NCBI RefSeq assembly: GCF_036321535.1
Contig: NC_087436.1
Coordinates: 109,246,001 to 109,310,000 of the forward strand
DNA from: Camelus dromedarius
Taxonomy: Eukaryota
Length of the DNA stretch: 64,000 bases
Direction: 5' to 3'
Shown: in pieces, positions 1 to 13,993 of the stretch
Position numbering within the stretch: the first letter of the stretch is position 1
Layout: every line of letters starts with the position of its first letter
Notes under the pieces: model-generated
Told to the model about the DNA's origin: nothing
Seen by the model: only the letters and a program-made list of their open reading frames with translations
The model's database searches: none
Program-made: the position numbers and the translations under genes

Positions 1-133
1 GGGGGATGCTACTGGCATCTATTTGGTAGAGGCCAGCAATGCTGCTAAACCTTCTACAACAGACAGGATAGCCACTCATAACAAAGACTCATCTGGTCCA
101 AGGTGTCAATAGTGCTGAGGCTGAGAAATCTTG
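1..133 (+). mobile_element. MER20 (hAT-Charlie MITE), 3' half, truncated by window start
   Basis: Sequence 'tgctactggcatctatttggtagaggccagcaatgctgctaaac...tgtcaatagtgctgaggctgagaaatcttg' follows the recalled MER20 consensus (TGCTACTGGCATCTAGTGGGTAGAGGCCAGGGATGCTGCTAAAC...GTCAATAGTGCCGAGGTTGAGAAACCCTG). Confidence 0.9.
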
Positions 134-3100
134 AGTTACAGGAGCATTGGCAGAATTTGTAGACTTCTTGCTACTAGGTTTGTCTCCGTCCAGGAAGCTG
201 GCTCCATCAAGCTAGGAGAAACCGGATCAAGGGCAGTCACATAGGAAGAAGAATTGATTCCAGACGAGGAGAGGGCCAAAGGTCCTTAAAACACCCATAG
301 GGAGTAGCAGGACCTCTGCAGGGAAAAGGTCCAAGTATGCAAAAGGATGCTGGCCCAGGACACTTAAGATCTCAGACTTGGCAAAAATTGCTGTGCCCCA
401 ATTAAAGCACAGAGCCAAAGAGCAAAGGAGCCACAGGTTTTCAAGGACTCATGGGGATTTTGGAAGAAAACACATCAGAGTGACCTAGAGGAACTAAAGA
501 GAGTGGTCCTGGTACTATTTTCTTGGTAGTGCCTAATACCTTCAATTTTTATAGGATCCTGGGGGATGTCAACATGACAGATTTAAGTTTCCGCCTGCCT
601 TGTGGAATGTGGATTTAAAATCAAATGTAATTTGATTTATATGATAGATAGTGTTATTTCCTACAAAAATTAGTAAAACACTATCCACATCCCCTGCGCA
701 GTCCACAAACAATAACTGATGGTAGATGCCACCAATATAAACCCTCCCAAGATGAATCTGCAGTATGTGTAGAGCACCTATTATATTCTTGGCAAGGTAG
801 GCATTACAGGAAATGAAATTAACCATGGTTCCCTGCCTTCCAAAAATGTATTATAGCAGAGAAGGGGAAGAAAAAAAAGCTCTCCTGTCTGAACAAAAGA
901 AAAGAAGAGAAAATTATTTGAAAGATACTGTTTTAAGATGGAAGCTAGGGGTTATCAGCAGTGTCTACCAACCCGCAGGTTAAGCAGGATTAGTAAGATT
1001 AAAGGTTCTTCTGTTTGGTTAGATGGAGGTCAAGGGCGACCATTCAGAAAATGATTCACTAGAGTGAATGGAATTTAAATCCCCAGGGTGTCAAGGAGGG
1101 AGACAAGAGAAGGATACAAACCAAGTGTGGGGAGTTTGGCAGGAAAAGGAAAAGGGAGAGGAAATGTTGACTATAGATCCACTCTCCCTGAAACAGATGG
1201 CTGTTCTATTAATTTAAACCCTCATATGCCAAGGTAATGTCACATTTTTTGCTAGTAATGTTGCAATGTAGGAGGAGTGTGGGAAGGAGAATATTATCAA
1301 AATACAATGAAAAGGTGGATAATACTCAAGAAAATTTCTCTAAGAATTCTTCCCAGATCACCCCAATGAGAACGAATATCCCTCCAAATCCCATAGCAGA
1401 TTGTTTATTTTCTCTTTATAGTACCTGTGTCATTGTTACCTTGATCAGAGGGGTGTCCCCTTGTGTCCGTCTACCCTGCCTGCTAGATTTTTTGTAAGCT
1501 ATAATGGAAGAAAGACCATAGATTTCTATCTTTGTGGTGTTGACTGTATTTAAAAAGATACTTTGCATAGACTAGGTCCTAAACAAAACAAAACAAAAAA
1601 GAAAGAAAAACAACACAGATTAGTGAACGAATATCAATGAAAAATTGTAGGAAAAGCTTAATGTTTCTGAAGGTCAAAATCATGATCAGGAACAGAGGGT
1701 TGACTGCTTTCCTAACATAAACATTTAAGCTTCTAATCATTAACCAGTCTTTCTGGAGGTAGACAGCCATGCCGTTGACAGTGTCTATATATGCGGCACC
1801 TGGGACAGTGACTACATGTAGTTGCTCAATAAAGATCTGCTGAGTGAGTGGATGAACAGTAGGATTGACTCAAATGACCATAAGATACCTACATCAAAAG
1901 GTTCAAAAAGGACCAAATAGATCAATTAAACCAATGGTTTCATTTTAAAGCAGGATATTTAAATTTAGATTCTGGTCCTGGGTTTATTAGACTTCTGCTA
2001 AGTGTCCTAGCCTTGCTAAAACTTTTTTGTGAAATACAGCTCAGATTTAGGTATGGCATGGCTCAAACTCCATACCCACTGTCCCCTAATTCTAAAGCTA
2101 CACAGAGAATCTATGAAGGGAAAATGACGTGGTACAACCCTGTTATCATGTGTGATGGGTCCTGATTACTGCTGATATCAACACTGAAATACACAGCACT
2201 GTAATTCTTCATTTTGTTGTGTCAGCATGAGTTGTTGATTATGAAATATTATAAAATTTACCTTAATTTCCATTATTTTTAATATGTTTCTACCAATCAG
2301 GAAAAGGTGCTTATGGAGCCTACATTATTAACCACAGATTTTTGTCATACAGCATTAAGCAGATGTTCATAAAATTTAAAGGCACAAAGGGACAGAAACT
2401 CAGGGAAGACACTAATTTCCTGGAAATGTGATTAATAATTAGTAATCACAAATCGTACACATTTCTAAAAATCATGTTCCAATCTGTCCTTTCATACAAA
2501 GAAATCTAGCAACTGAATTCAACCCACTGAACACAAAATATGTCCTATGGCCTTTCTAATCTAATATCATTACTACAAATTTATCTTTGATTATGACACC
2601 CAGAAACAAGTTCTACGAAGTGAACCATCTGGACAAAAAGCAATTTTACACAAAACTTTACAGCAACCTATCTCACAAATATTAGCTCAACCAGAATCTA
2701 AAATCAGTACATTCAAAAATGACTAAAAAATTGAGTAAAGGCACACATTAGAGAATCTACCTTACATGAAAAAAAGCTACAACCATTTCAAATACCTAGT
2801 GTGGGCATGCACTATAATTACTGAATACTAATTAATCTCTTAAAAAAGTGTGTCTGTCCATAGAGAATTAATTACTTACTGGAGCGAATTTTTTGTTGCT
2901 GTTGTTATTTTTCCAACTCACACAAGTTGAGAAGGGCAGGGTGTTAGGGGCAAAGTGGCGCCCTGAGCCCTCCCCCGTGCTATAATTACTTCTGTCAAAC
3001 GAGGGAGCTCAGTGCTGTTCCACTAGATTAGCTCGCAGATGGATTTATCCACTCACTGCTGCACTGCTGCTCCAGCTCCGGGCTGAATAAGGAATGACAA

Positions 3101-3554
3101 ATGCCTCAAGGAAATTTTCGTTCTCTCTATTTGAAAACAAGTCGATTAAAATGCACATGAAAATGTGTTTATGAGGCACCAAAAGTAACAGTAAACAAAA
3201 TAATAAGTGGAGCAGTGTAAGCAGCTCCAGAAGCTAGTTTCAAGTCAGCTTGAGGGAGAAGCAGTTGTTGGCGTCAAACACTGACTCAGTATAATATCTC
3301 ATCCAATTCTTTTGTACCCACCGGAGGGCACATGCTCTACGGGTGTCCAAGGGGAAAGCAATTCCTTCACTTGCCCGTTGCTAAACTATGCTTCTGAGAT
3401 GAAGGACAATGCCTTCCTTGCTCTTTATTTCAATATACTTAGCAAACACATCTTCCAGGTACAAGACCTCCACCACCTGGGGGACTGTGGGTGACCCCTC
3501 CTCAAGGCCCCTGCACTGGCCGTCTTCTCTGTCCATCCCCACGTATCTGTATAG

Positions 3555-3872
3555 TGACCTCCCGCTCCACCTCGAGGTATCTGTCCTTATCTCACCTTCT
3601 AAGCAGGACTATCCAGCCACTCACTCGATTTGAAATTGAAACCAACCATTCCAATCTCCTTACCCTTTCTCTTTTTTTCCATAGAACTTACGTTCTAATA
3701 TAGTATACAATTTACTTATTAATTATGTATTGTTTATTGTCTATCTCTGCTGGCCATAAAGTAAATTTTATGAGTCTCAGCTTTTTTTTTTTTGGTTATT
3801 TTGTTCATTATTATATCTTAGCACCCAGAAGAGAAGCAGCCCTGAAAAATGTTCCATAAATATTTAATGAAC
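3555..3872 (+). mobile_element. LINE-2 3' end fragment (L2a-like)
   Basis: Typical L2 tail motifs 'ttgtttattgtctatctct...ttttgttcattattatatcttagcacccagaa...ataaatatttaatgaa'. Boundaries approximate. Confidence 0.7.
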
Positions 3873-4444
3873 AAGATGCAGATATTCCCTCCCTTGGCTT
3901 AAGAGAGGCAATAACAGATGAATTCATAACTAAAACACACAACTGAACGTGTCGAGGGGTGTTTGGTTTTGTGGTTGTCGTTTCCTCCTTCTCTCTCAGG
4001 GCTGGAGGAATATGAAAGCGAGAAAGTAGCAAGAGAGGGACACTTAGATTAAGAGGGAGACAGAGACGATAAAGGAGAAAACAAGCTTTTGGAAAAGTCA
4101 GGATTGGTGGGGCAAGGTGCTTAGGCCACAGATATAATTACTACAATCTTAGATTCACCTGACAGTGTGTCAGCAACCACTGGGGCCCTAGAAATACACA
4201 CAATGATGACATACAATGTGCTAAGAACCAGAATGGTATTTCTGAACCTTAATTGGATTTTTTTTACATTGACTGCTTTGTTTTCCAATGACTTGGGGCC
4301 CTACAGGAGAAGAACTCAAGACTCGGCAGTGCATACAAGCCACTGTAGGATGGTGCCCTGGCCTGTCATTAGACTGGAGGAACAGATCACTTCACTGCCT
4401 TCAGAACAACCTGTGCTCCAGCCACCCCCCAGCCCTTATGGCAC

Positions 4445-4775
4445 CTAAAAAGGGCAACGACACTTCATGCCTCTTTAATTACAAACTTGCTAGGGCTCCT
4501 TCTTAGAATACCCTTTGCCCCACAGTCCACATGAAAACTACATACAAACTCATTTGCTAAGACTTCTTTCAGACATTTTCTCTGAAGATGCCTTTAAACA
4601 GCCTAAGGGGAATTAGGGACACCCCCCTTTTCTCCTGAAGTCCTTGTTTGTGCGCCTGTCTTGATGCTAAGTGCTGAGTCACTAGAAAGCAAGGAGTGTG
4701 TTCAGTTACTATTTATACTCCTGGTACTAAGAGTCTTCTGGTATACAACGGCTTTTAACAAATATTTCTTGAATA
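4445..4775 (+). mobile_element. LINE-2 3' fragment
   Basis: 'tgagtcactagaaagcaaggagtgtg...ggtatacaacggcttttaacaaatatttcttgaataa' resembles a decayed L2 3' terminus. Confidence 0.55.
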
Positions 4776-7019
4776 AGTCAGCAAGCTGGCCCCTAAGAAA
4801 CTGTAAAATCCTAAACCGCCTTTTCAGAAACCCCACTTTCCCCCTTCAAAAAAATAAAGTAAATTAGGTTCAGTTGTATTATTGTGTTCAAGAGGTGGTT
4901 ATTATTTTTTCAATATTATAAAACATTTGCAATAAATGTGGAATATACAATGTATGTCATTTTGTGAAAATATTCGGTTAATCACAATAGTCCATTTATT
5001 GATCAAGGGAACAATAGATCAGTGGTATCTGTTTTCATAAAAAGGGATTACATAAATAACAGAGGGACCCCTCCCTGATGCCTCCTAATAATACATTCTT
5101 TTATCTTTTCTGGAAAATGTTCAGACAGTGGGCTCATGAGCCCAATTTTCCTGAACATATGTAGCCATTATCCCCAAATAAGCTTCACTGTGTGTGTCAG
5201 GAAATAATGTGAATTTGCCTTGATGCAGGGCTCCTTGCCCATTTCTATTATTTACCAAGAGACTCCACGGGAGTGAGATATGTAAATCATGTCAACATAC
5301 ACCCTCCATATTTCTGACTAAATGCGATGCTGGGAATATCCTGACCCAAAGCTGACATCAAAGGATCATGTTCTGAATCTTTTAGGGACAGATTGCAGCA
5401 CCAGCTTAATTCATTCTAATAATATGGAAGCAATTTTTGCCATCAGAAAGGGAGTCACTGTGACCAACAATGCACTGATGGAGTGAAATGGACCACTGTA
5501 AGCTGGATAGCACCTGCTCTGCTTGAGCAACAGATATTTAAAAATACTTTCATCCTCTGTAATTTTAACACAAAGGAAGAGAAATCCTTATGAGCAACCC
5601 TGTCAGGCTGTGACACTGTGAATGAGAAAAATTTAAACATTTATGAGACAAAATGTGAATCACTTAAATACACTCAAAAAAACCCCTTACTTGTGAGTGA
5701 TAACCTTGAAAAATTACCTAATAATCTACCCAAAATGAGCATTCCTTTTCAAATGAGTGGCATCTGGAAGGTTTTCTTGCATTTCCCCTGGATTTACAGC
5801 TAATTTATTAAGCAGCTTTCAAGCAATTGCCCTGAACTTAGAGATTCTGATTCATTGAAAAACCTAGCAGATTTAGTGGCATCATTTTTTTTTCTTTTAA
5901 AATATAATTGACTAGTACCTTTATGGTTTTTGGTTCTTCTTCAGGAAAAGCAAAGAGGGAAAGATCAAAGTTTAATCAGTTGAGAAGAGAAGATGGAGGC
6001 TATTTGCTGCTTAAGGAGATCAGCCTCTTTGCTTCTTACCCATTCAGGTACATATTGGCCCCAAAACATTTGTACAGAAGTCCAATTTTGGCTTGCTTAT
6101 GTGGAGGTATCATTATCATCTTTTAGCATTAAGCTCTAGAGAAACAAATGAAATCAATGTCAAGTTGTCTAAGTTTCAGTCCTGACTCTAACTACCCAGT
6201 TGATGTGGCTATTACTCAAAAGCTTTGCTAGTTAACCTGCCCTTTGTTTAAAAGCAATAATAACACCTACACATCCCATTGTAGCAGCGCATTGAAAGAA
6301 TTGTAAGAAAACACTTTGAGAACTCTTATGAGAGAAATAGGGAAGCAATTAGACTCCCCCCGCAAAAATTGTGCAAAATTCCTAACTGCTTTATCAGAAG
6401 CCAACCTCAAACAAATATTCTTAAGGCACTAATTTTTTTTAAGAAGAAAATAATGTGGAAGTCCTGTATGACAGCAACACCTCTGAATTACAGATGCTGT
6501 GGATGGTGGTCAGGTAACTGCAGTAATGAATGAGGGGCAGTAAGTAGCTGAAAGGTTAATGGGGTCCAGGTAGCCCCCCTCGACACTGATCATGTGAAAA
6601 CTATTCCTCAGCTGCGCTTATAGCTGCTATAAGATAAATCTGTATCTTCACATTTTAAAGGAAAATCAAATCTCAGCTCATTGGCAGAGGGAAGTGGGGA
6701 CTAGAAAGACACCAAAGACTGCATTATGCTGATGAATGTACTTGAGCAACGTGCAAACTGTGACGTACCTAAATGTCACCGCAGGATGAGAAGTCATACA
6801 CTGTGCACCTGGAATGTAACTTGGTGGATTTTTTGACATGATAATCTCCATCTTAGACACATCACAAAGGACATGCTGTTAGCTAACCTGAGTATTCTGT
6901 CTCTCTCTCCATCTGTCAGTTATTAGGAGTGCTGTGTCTGTGTTATAGAACGGTGCTGGCCTTCCCTTGAAGGATCTGAGCAGTAAGCCCTGCATTAAGT
7001 AAGGCCTGGCCATCTCCTG

Positions 7020-7370
7020 TTCACTCTCACTCAAATGTTCCTCCCCTGCTATTCACATACTTTCTCTTCTCAAATATTATTTCTTGAGAAGGTGATTGCC
7101 ATCTAGAACAGCACCTGTCTATCTAAAACAGGATCTTCAATGAGCCTATGTCTTCTCTCCTATTTCCTTTCTTTTCTTTCTTTTTTTTTTTTTTTGATAG
7201 CACTCACCACACCCTGACATTGTTTTATATTTGTTTACTTTTTACTGTCTGACTCCTTTACAAAATAGCAAGAAATTTTCTCCTTGGTACATTCTGTATC
7301 TGATGTGCCCAGAGCACAGTCCTTAACATATCACAGGGGATGGATCAATATTGGGATTAATGAATGAATG
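7020..7370 (+). mobile_element. LINE-2 3' end fragment (L2a-like)
   Basis: 'tagcactcaccac...tttgtttac...tgtctgactcc...ctgtatctgatgtgcccagagcacagtcc...aatgaatgaatg', ending in the L2 (TGAA)n tail. Confidence 0.75.
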
Positions 7371-7614
7371 CCTAAATTCTAATCATAGGCAACAGAGTTT
7401 CTCAAGGTTTTATGCACCACCTAGCATATCAGTTACAGCATGACAGTCTACAATGGATCAGTGACTGCAGAGGTGTTAAGTTGACAAGTAGCATTTGACA
7501 TTAAAAGTGAAATAAGTCAACTGGGAGAAGAGGAAGCTAATAACTCACTAGACTGCAAGAGGTGGAAGGAGGTGCAACACATCAGGAGAACACAGCATCC
7601 ACAGGTGATGCATG

Positions 7615-7830
7615 GCAGACTTATCAACACCACTCATTAACTGTATGGTCGTGGAGAAGTTACTTAACTATTCAGAGCTTCAGATTCCTAAGCTATGAAA
7701 CGGGGAACAGAATGTAATTAATTTTCCAGATTGAATGCATAACTACATCTAAAATTTCAGATCTAAATTATACAGTATCTAGCATCATGCCTGGTATTCA
7801 GTGAGCCCTCCATAAATGGTAGTCATTATC
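7615..7830 (+). mobile_element. MIR SINE
   Basis: MIR core 'aagttacttaactattcagagcttcagattcctaagctatgaaacgggg' and tail 'tagcatcatgcctggtattcagtgagccctccataaatggtagtcattat'. Confidence 0.75.
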
Positions 7831-8354
7831 CATTTTATAACTATATTACTACTACAGGCTAGTAGACCTGAGGCAGTATGTCTTTGATTTTCCCATCTGC
7901 TGGTTTATCTCAGCCTACACACCCAAATCAACTTTGTCTCGAGACTAGAAGTCTTTAAACAGGTTTGCTGTCTGTCTCTAGTATACTTAGCCACAAATAA
8001 AGTGTACTATTTTTCTGACCTGAAATTTAGTGAGCCAGTGCTGATTCTCGGATTCCTGAACTGCGTTTTAACTAGCAGTCTTTCTTCCTTGTGCTCTGAC
8101 ATGAGAACATTTTGGCGGGGTGGGGCATACCTAGCAAACTTACTAATATTTAAAACTCATTTATTTCTTTACACACTCTGCTTCAAAAGAAAACCTCAGT
8201 CACCACGACCATACCCTTTTATCCATGGCATCAAAGAGCAATCAGCTATACAGTATTGTCACATTTCACACATTCATTAAACAATAAACTGTGTCATTTC
8301 ATTTTGACTTTATATTGATTCAACTTCTGTTGTTAAAAGTAAAGAGCACTGGCG

Positions 8355-8705
8355 CTGACTGTGCACACTGGTGATTCTTGTCACCCCCTTCCCTCAGATC
8401 CGTTCTCCATTCTCCCTTCTGATTTGTGCACTATGGGTCTGACTCTTGAGAAGACTCACTCAGACTCCCTAGTCATTCCCTTTCCAGGTTGGTCCGTCCA
8501 AGGGGAGGTACCGCTACGAGACCATGGCTGCGACTTTGCCTTGGTTCCATTCTGACAGTGGCGCCCCTCTTCCCTAGCACCAGCTCTCACTGGGTTTTGG
8601 TAAACACTGCTCCATCTCAGTCCTCTGACCTAGAGAATGGCTTTTGGCTGCTGCTAGTCCCAAGTGTGTCACCATCCCCTGCTGTTTCTTATCTCTGCAC
8701 AATGT
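8355..8705 (+). mobile_element. ERVL solo LTR, LTR33-like
   Basis: 'cagctctcactgggttttggtaaacactgctcc...gctgctgctagtcccaagtgtgtcaccatcccctgctgtttc' parallels the recalled LTR33 consensus. Confidence 0.65.
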
Positions 8706-8974
8706 CCCACATAATGACTTTGGGGGCCTTGATTAATGCAATGTCATTCTATATATTACACAGAACATGGATTTAATTAAGGTAGGATCACCTTTTCATA
8801 GATTCAGCCTTGTACATAATAGATACTCAATAGATGCTTTAATAATTCTGTAGTCTTCATTTTGATGTTGTTGATTCCCAGACTCCTAATGAAAGACAGT
8901 CTATCATCTCTAATTGCTAAAAACAGAACACAGTGTACATAGCATACATGTAATTTAATTAGATATAATTGTTT

Positions 8975-9115
8975 ATCACCAAATTCTTGATTGTGGTGGT
9001 GGTTTCATAGATATATATACATCTATCAAAGTTCATAAAACTGTACATCTGAAATATGTGTAGTTTACTGTACAGAAATTATACCATAATAAAGTTGTTT
9101 TAAATTTTTTTTTAA
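8975..9115 (+). mobile_element. Old L1 (L1MC/MD-like) 3' UTR end
   Basis: 'cttgattgtggtggtggtttcatagatatatatacatctatcaaagttcat...tgtacatctgaaatatgtgtagtttactgta...aataaagttgtttt' is a classic old-L1 3' terminus with AATAAA. Confidence 0.75.
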
Positions 9116-9149
9116 AGTATCACCAAGTTCAAGTGTATTTTTTCAGTGT

Positions 9150-10240
9150 TTACCCTCCTTAACTCTGTTTTCTGGAACACACTGTTCCTAAATCCTCTCT
9201 TCTTTTCCTTTCACAATGGATTTCCCTATTTTTTTTCATTCTCCAAATGTAGGTAGTCCCTGAAAATGTAGTAGCCTTAATCTCATTCTCATTAGTCATT
9301 CCACTGAAACTTTCATGCAAATTAACAGCTTAAAAGTAATATTTCCTCTTTATGAATAATATCTACTGTGTACCGTCATCCTTGCCCTCTCTCTACATTT
9401 TCAACACGACTTTTTTGTTTGCTTCAGAACCACTGCTGGATAACCAGAAATGAATGCCTAAGTATTTTTAATGGGCTAAGATGAAAAACTGAACTTCAAG
9501 TCTCCCATTCCAAATACGATTCTCTTATTTCCATTAATGGAGCCTGAATCTTCCTGGATACTCCGAGTCAAAACCTAGTGGTCATCACCAGTGACTGGAC
9601 TCTCCCCCCGCTTTCCCCACACACAATCAGCAGCCCCCTCCACGGGCCTTCTTGCATTTCACTTTCTGGTTCCATTCCCTCTTCTCTCTATCACTGTCCT
9701 GAACTAGAACTTTCACCTAAACTATTAAAATAATCTAAAGTGGTTTTCCCAGATTTTACCTCTTCAATCCATTTCACACATGCTACCAGGTATATCTTCC
9801 TGAATAACTGGCTCAACCTGTTACTTTCTCAGTCAAAAACTTTCAGTGATTCCCATTTGCCATATAATACCATATAAACGCTTTAACCTGACATTCAAAG
9901 AACTTCATTAAATTATCTCAATGAAATGGTCCATCTTAGTGCCAATGATTTATTTATGAATCAAATCAACATAAACTAGTCAAGTCAAAACAAATTATTC
10001 AACATAAACCAGTACTTCATACACGTTCATTCTTTTCCCTAAGTCTACATCTTTGTTCCATCTTTAATTTCTGCTTAGAGTCCTACCCACCACCCCTATA
10101 TCCACATGTCTAAATCCTATCCATCTTAAAGGGCCATCTTAAAAAGCCATCTCCTTTATAAATTCTTCCCTTTCCTGACAATCCTTCTCAAGTCCTATGT
10201 TCCTGTATTTAAACCTCTCTTGATAAACTTTTAGCTGTCT
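9150..10240 (+). mobile_element. LINE-2 fragment(s), heavily decayed
   Basis: Pyrimidine-rich L2-type motifs such as 'aaactgaactt', 'tcttcaatccatttcacacatgctaccag', 'aaaactttcagtgattcccatttgcc', 'aaatcctatccatcttaaagggcc'. Confidence 0.65.
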
Positions 10241-10388
10241 ACACAGCAACACAGAAAACTCCCAGATTGCATATGGATGACATTTTAATGGGTTTCATTT
10301 GCACCTTTCCAAACATATAAGAAATAAAATCAAAATTATATTTTGTAACCATCTACCAACATGGTTAAACTCTCCACATTTACATATA

Positions 10389-10585
10389 CAGCTGACCCTT
10401 GAATGACACAAGGGTTATGGGCACCAATCCTTTGCACAGTTGAAAATCCAAGTGTAACTGACAGTTGGCCCTCTGTAGCCAGTTCCTCCATATCAGCCAA
10501 TTCAACCAACCAACCACAGATCACATGGTGCTATAGTATTTGCTATTGAAAAAATATGCATACAAACCAGGCCATGTGTCAACTG
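10389..10585 (-). mobile_element. Tigger2-family (Tigger2a/MER28-like) non-autonomous TcMar element with TA TSDs
   Basis: Starts TA|CAGCTGACCCTTGAA and ends GTCAACTG|TA (inverted termini, TA duplication at 10387-88 and 10586-87). Internal 'gcacagttgaaaatccaagtgtaact' and 'tattgaaaaaatatgc' match Tigger2. The right subterminal part is partly deleted. Confidence 0.85.
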
Positions 10586-11236
10586 TACTATTTTTTCTGA
10601 AGCATGAGCTGTTTTAGAGCACGCATATCTTTTGTAGACAGTTCGGTGAATTGAACCTACCCCCCTAGACTTTCCCATTTCCTACCCACCTGGAGAGGAA
10701 GGAATCCCAGGGTCCTGTGAGGTTAGTCCCCTGCATGCTCATTCTAATGGGTCACATTAATTCTATCAGGACAAGGCACACAGCAGTCTCCTAGGCCCTT
10801 TGATATCGGCTCTTTTTTCTCCCTCGTTCGCCATCATGATGAGTCCGAGGAGGATGGAGGCTGTATTGTCTAGATATTGCAGGAACAAGAGAATGGAAAC
10901 CACTTTTGATATTTCATGGCTTAAGTTCCTTCTTCTCACCCTTCTACCTCAAAAAGTACTTGGAAGGACAATGATAAATGATCAAATAAAACTAATGTAA
11001 AAATTGTCTGGGAGAAATATTTGACCTTAACTTAGTTGGTCCTGTTCTAACTGGTACAAGCTCTGAGTTAAGAGAAAGCACATGATCTTTCCCTCGGCGC
11101 TAAGTCAATTCTGCTTTGTCCACCGAATTCCATCTTCCTTGAATTCACTGCAACCCCCTGAGGGACGGGTCCATGTCGAATTCATCTCTGTACTCCCATG
11201 CACTCTTCTTCTTTGTACAAGTTGTATCCTACAAAT

Positions 11237-11412
11237 GAGTCTGCCTGGGTTTGAATCCTGGTTAATGTGGCAAGTCAATTAAATCTTTAGGAGTCTCAGT
11301 TTCCTCATGTGTAAAATTAGGGCAATAAAACCTCACAGAGTGGTTAGGAGGATTAAATGAAGTAATAATACATGTGATGTATTGGCACAGAATCTGGCAC
11401 ACTGAAGCAATG
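11237..11412 (+). mobile_element. MIR SINE
   Basis: 'ctgcctgggtttgaatcctgg...gtctcagtttcctcatgtgtaaaattagggcaataaaacctcacagagtggttaggaggattaaatga'. Confidence 0.9.
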
Positions 11413-12398
11413 CTTTTTTTTTTTAAACAAAGTAGCTAGTAAGCATCCTTTAGGAACTGGAAAAAAATAGACTCTGAATCCTCAGATATGATGGCATCAT
11501 CAGTTATACAAATTAAATGTTAGGTCAGCAATTTTCAGCTGAGATATATGTGACGGTTTTCCTCCTATAAACTCTTGGTCTTTTCTTGCAAAATTAATTA
11601 AAAATAATCACTCTGGTAAAGTCTATTTTCCTGATTCTCTTTGTCTTAAAATGAGCTTCACTTTGGTGACTGTGTGTGCCAACTGTACTGTAATAGGTAA
11701 GTTTTTGAGGGCAGGGGCCATGTTTTACTCACATTTTCTCTCTCATGCTTAGAACACGTCTGGTACTGGTAAACTTTTGATAAACTAAAGATTATATTTA
11801 AATTGTATTAAAATGGTCCACTACCTTTGCCTGTGGATTATTATATACTTATAAAAGTAAACCTATCCCAGATATAAATGTACCATCAATGGTTATCCAG
11901 GGTTGCTGTGTGGCAGGGACGTCCTAGGTACAACCATCCTCACTGGCAACAGCAACCTGCATCTGATCTAGAGGGGCTCATGTCATATGGGTTGAATGCC
12001 AAGTTGTTTTTTCTTTAAATTTGAAAAAATCCAATAGATGCACTGACTTTGAGAGTTCAGAATACCTATTTTATTGTGGACAAATTTCCTAATCATTGCC
12101 AATTCTGTTGTATTTTACATAAAAGCGCAGGGGTCATTGTTTGCTTCTTGTATTATTAGACAAGACTTTTAAAAAATTAAAAACCTAACACATTTCTCAT
12201 ACAATCTTTTAAGGTACCAATATTTCAATAGCACTATTAAAAAAAAATAAATGGAATATAATCGGGGAGAAGTAATACAGGACTGGTAGTTTCTTAGGAC
12301 TGGATTTCAATAAGTATATAAAACATTTGCACAAAATACATCTTTAACTGAATTCAGCAACTCTAGGTACAGAAGAGCTTCCCAATATATGTTTGTAT

Positions 12399-12400
<2 letters not shown>

Positions 12401-12436
<36 letters not shown>
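12401..12436. repeat. (AC)18 microsatellite
   Basis: Perfect dinucleotide run read directly. Confidence 0.98.
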
Positions 12437-12439
<3 letters not shown>

Positions 12440-12598
12440 AATACCTCTATTCTAACTCTAGAATACTGGTAAATTAAAATTAAAGTTTCAGTAGAAGAGT
12501 CATTTTATAAAAACAAACTTCAGAATTCAGGGAAAGTCTACATGAAATTAAATAAAATAAAACCTTTTTATAGATAGCTGCATAAGGAGAATATAGGG

Positions 12599-12828
12599 CA
12601 TGCATACTCAGTGGGGGGTAGTGTCACCCACAAGGGGGCAATGTAATTGGGCTTGGGGGGCTGCAGAAGTCATGGATATTACAAAGGTTTGTGCCTCTCC
12701 AAACCTCAGTGCAATATAACAAAACATTTTACCTTAGTATGTAATTTCTCTAGTAAGGTAGAAATATAGTTAATACAATTTTTCTCCCTGGGCAGAGGTG
12801 ATAATGAAAAAAATGGTTGAAAACATAG
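12599..12828 (-). mobile_element. hAT-Charlie MITE, MER112-like
   Basis: Left end 'catgcatactcagtgggggg...caagggggc...gatattacaaaggtttgtg' and right end 'ggtgataatgaaaaaaatggttgaaaacatag' match the reverse complement of a recalled MER112-type consensus. Confidence 0.7.
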
Positions 12829-13993
12829 ACATGTGGAAAACATGCATACAATATATAAATTTCAGAGTTCTCTCTTTTATCTAGTTTTATCTATCAAGCC
12901 AATTACAATTGGACTTAGAAAAATAAACTGAATAATATTTCAAAAACTACAATTAATTAAGTTAATTGGCACCCATCTTTGGAGCAGGTGTCCATTTCTT
13001 ATAATCTATTAAACAACATTCCAAAGTAAATGCAACTGATGAAATATTTTAACTTGTCCCTCATCAAGTTCTGTTCTGAACCCATTCTTCATAATATATT
13101 CTCCTAAATGCTAACTACCTATTACTACCTAATAGATATTTTTCAAAACAAACTAACAAAGGGACTCTCTGTGGCTTGAAACAAATATTGAAAAATCAAT
13201 TTCTTGGCAACTTCAATTGGCCAAAGCTTCTTTGCCTTTGTCCTATGTAGCAACAGAGGACTACAAAGAAACACCTGTCAGTGGAAACATTTTAAGAATA
13301 GGCTACACTCTTGGTTCAGATACATTCAAAAGAAAGTTTCTCAGTTACTGGAATGTGATTGGCAAAGCCAACTGTAGAGTGTTCCAAAGTTAATCTATTC
13401 TCAATGGAGGGAGGGGAAAAGAAAAGGAGGTAAAAGGTATGTAATCATACAATAACTTAAGAACAATTGCTTAAGGAATGATTCAGGAGCATGTTCTGGA
13501 TTAACAGTAGGAAATTTATCTTGTCTTCAGGTTTACTCTACCCAAAGAACCTCTATTGTTTAAAAATAGTGTGTGCTGACAATCATAAAGTTAGCACATA
13601 GCCAAATTCTCAGCTCACAAAGTAAAACATAAAAAAGGTGTCTCAGTCAATCGTCAATACATTGAAAGTTTCTTTATTCCCAGAAGATTTTAAGAGCACA
13701 TTATTTTAATTTAATATGAATAAGGACATTCTCCTCTAAATACTTTTTTGTTTCAAATAAAACGATAATTTATAAAAAGTTGCTGAATCACTTTATAACT
13801 GGAAACTGATAGATACCCTTAAATAAACTGACATTTTCAAAAAATTAGAAGTCACTATATTTTAAGAAATATATCTGGGGGAAAATATTATCTCTTATCT
13901 TTTAAAAATAGGAAAGAATACTTATGTTAGACCTTGCTTTATACTAAGTTTTCCCTTTACTGCCCCTAAATATGCCCCATGGAAAACCTAGTG

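Noticed and set aside
1500..1630. Strong-looking minus-strand acceptor (CACTAAT branch point, long U-rich tract, TTTAG at about 1579)
   Set aside because: The tract is an A-rich (AAAAC)n stretch next to a decayed L2 3' end. No good donor or recognisable peptide follows.
10800..11000. CpG-containing 66-aa ORF that looked exon-like
   Set aside because: No recognisable peptide in the frames I read on either strand, and no coherent acceptor/donor pair.
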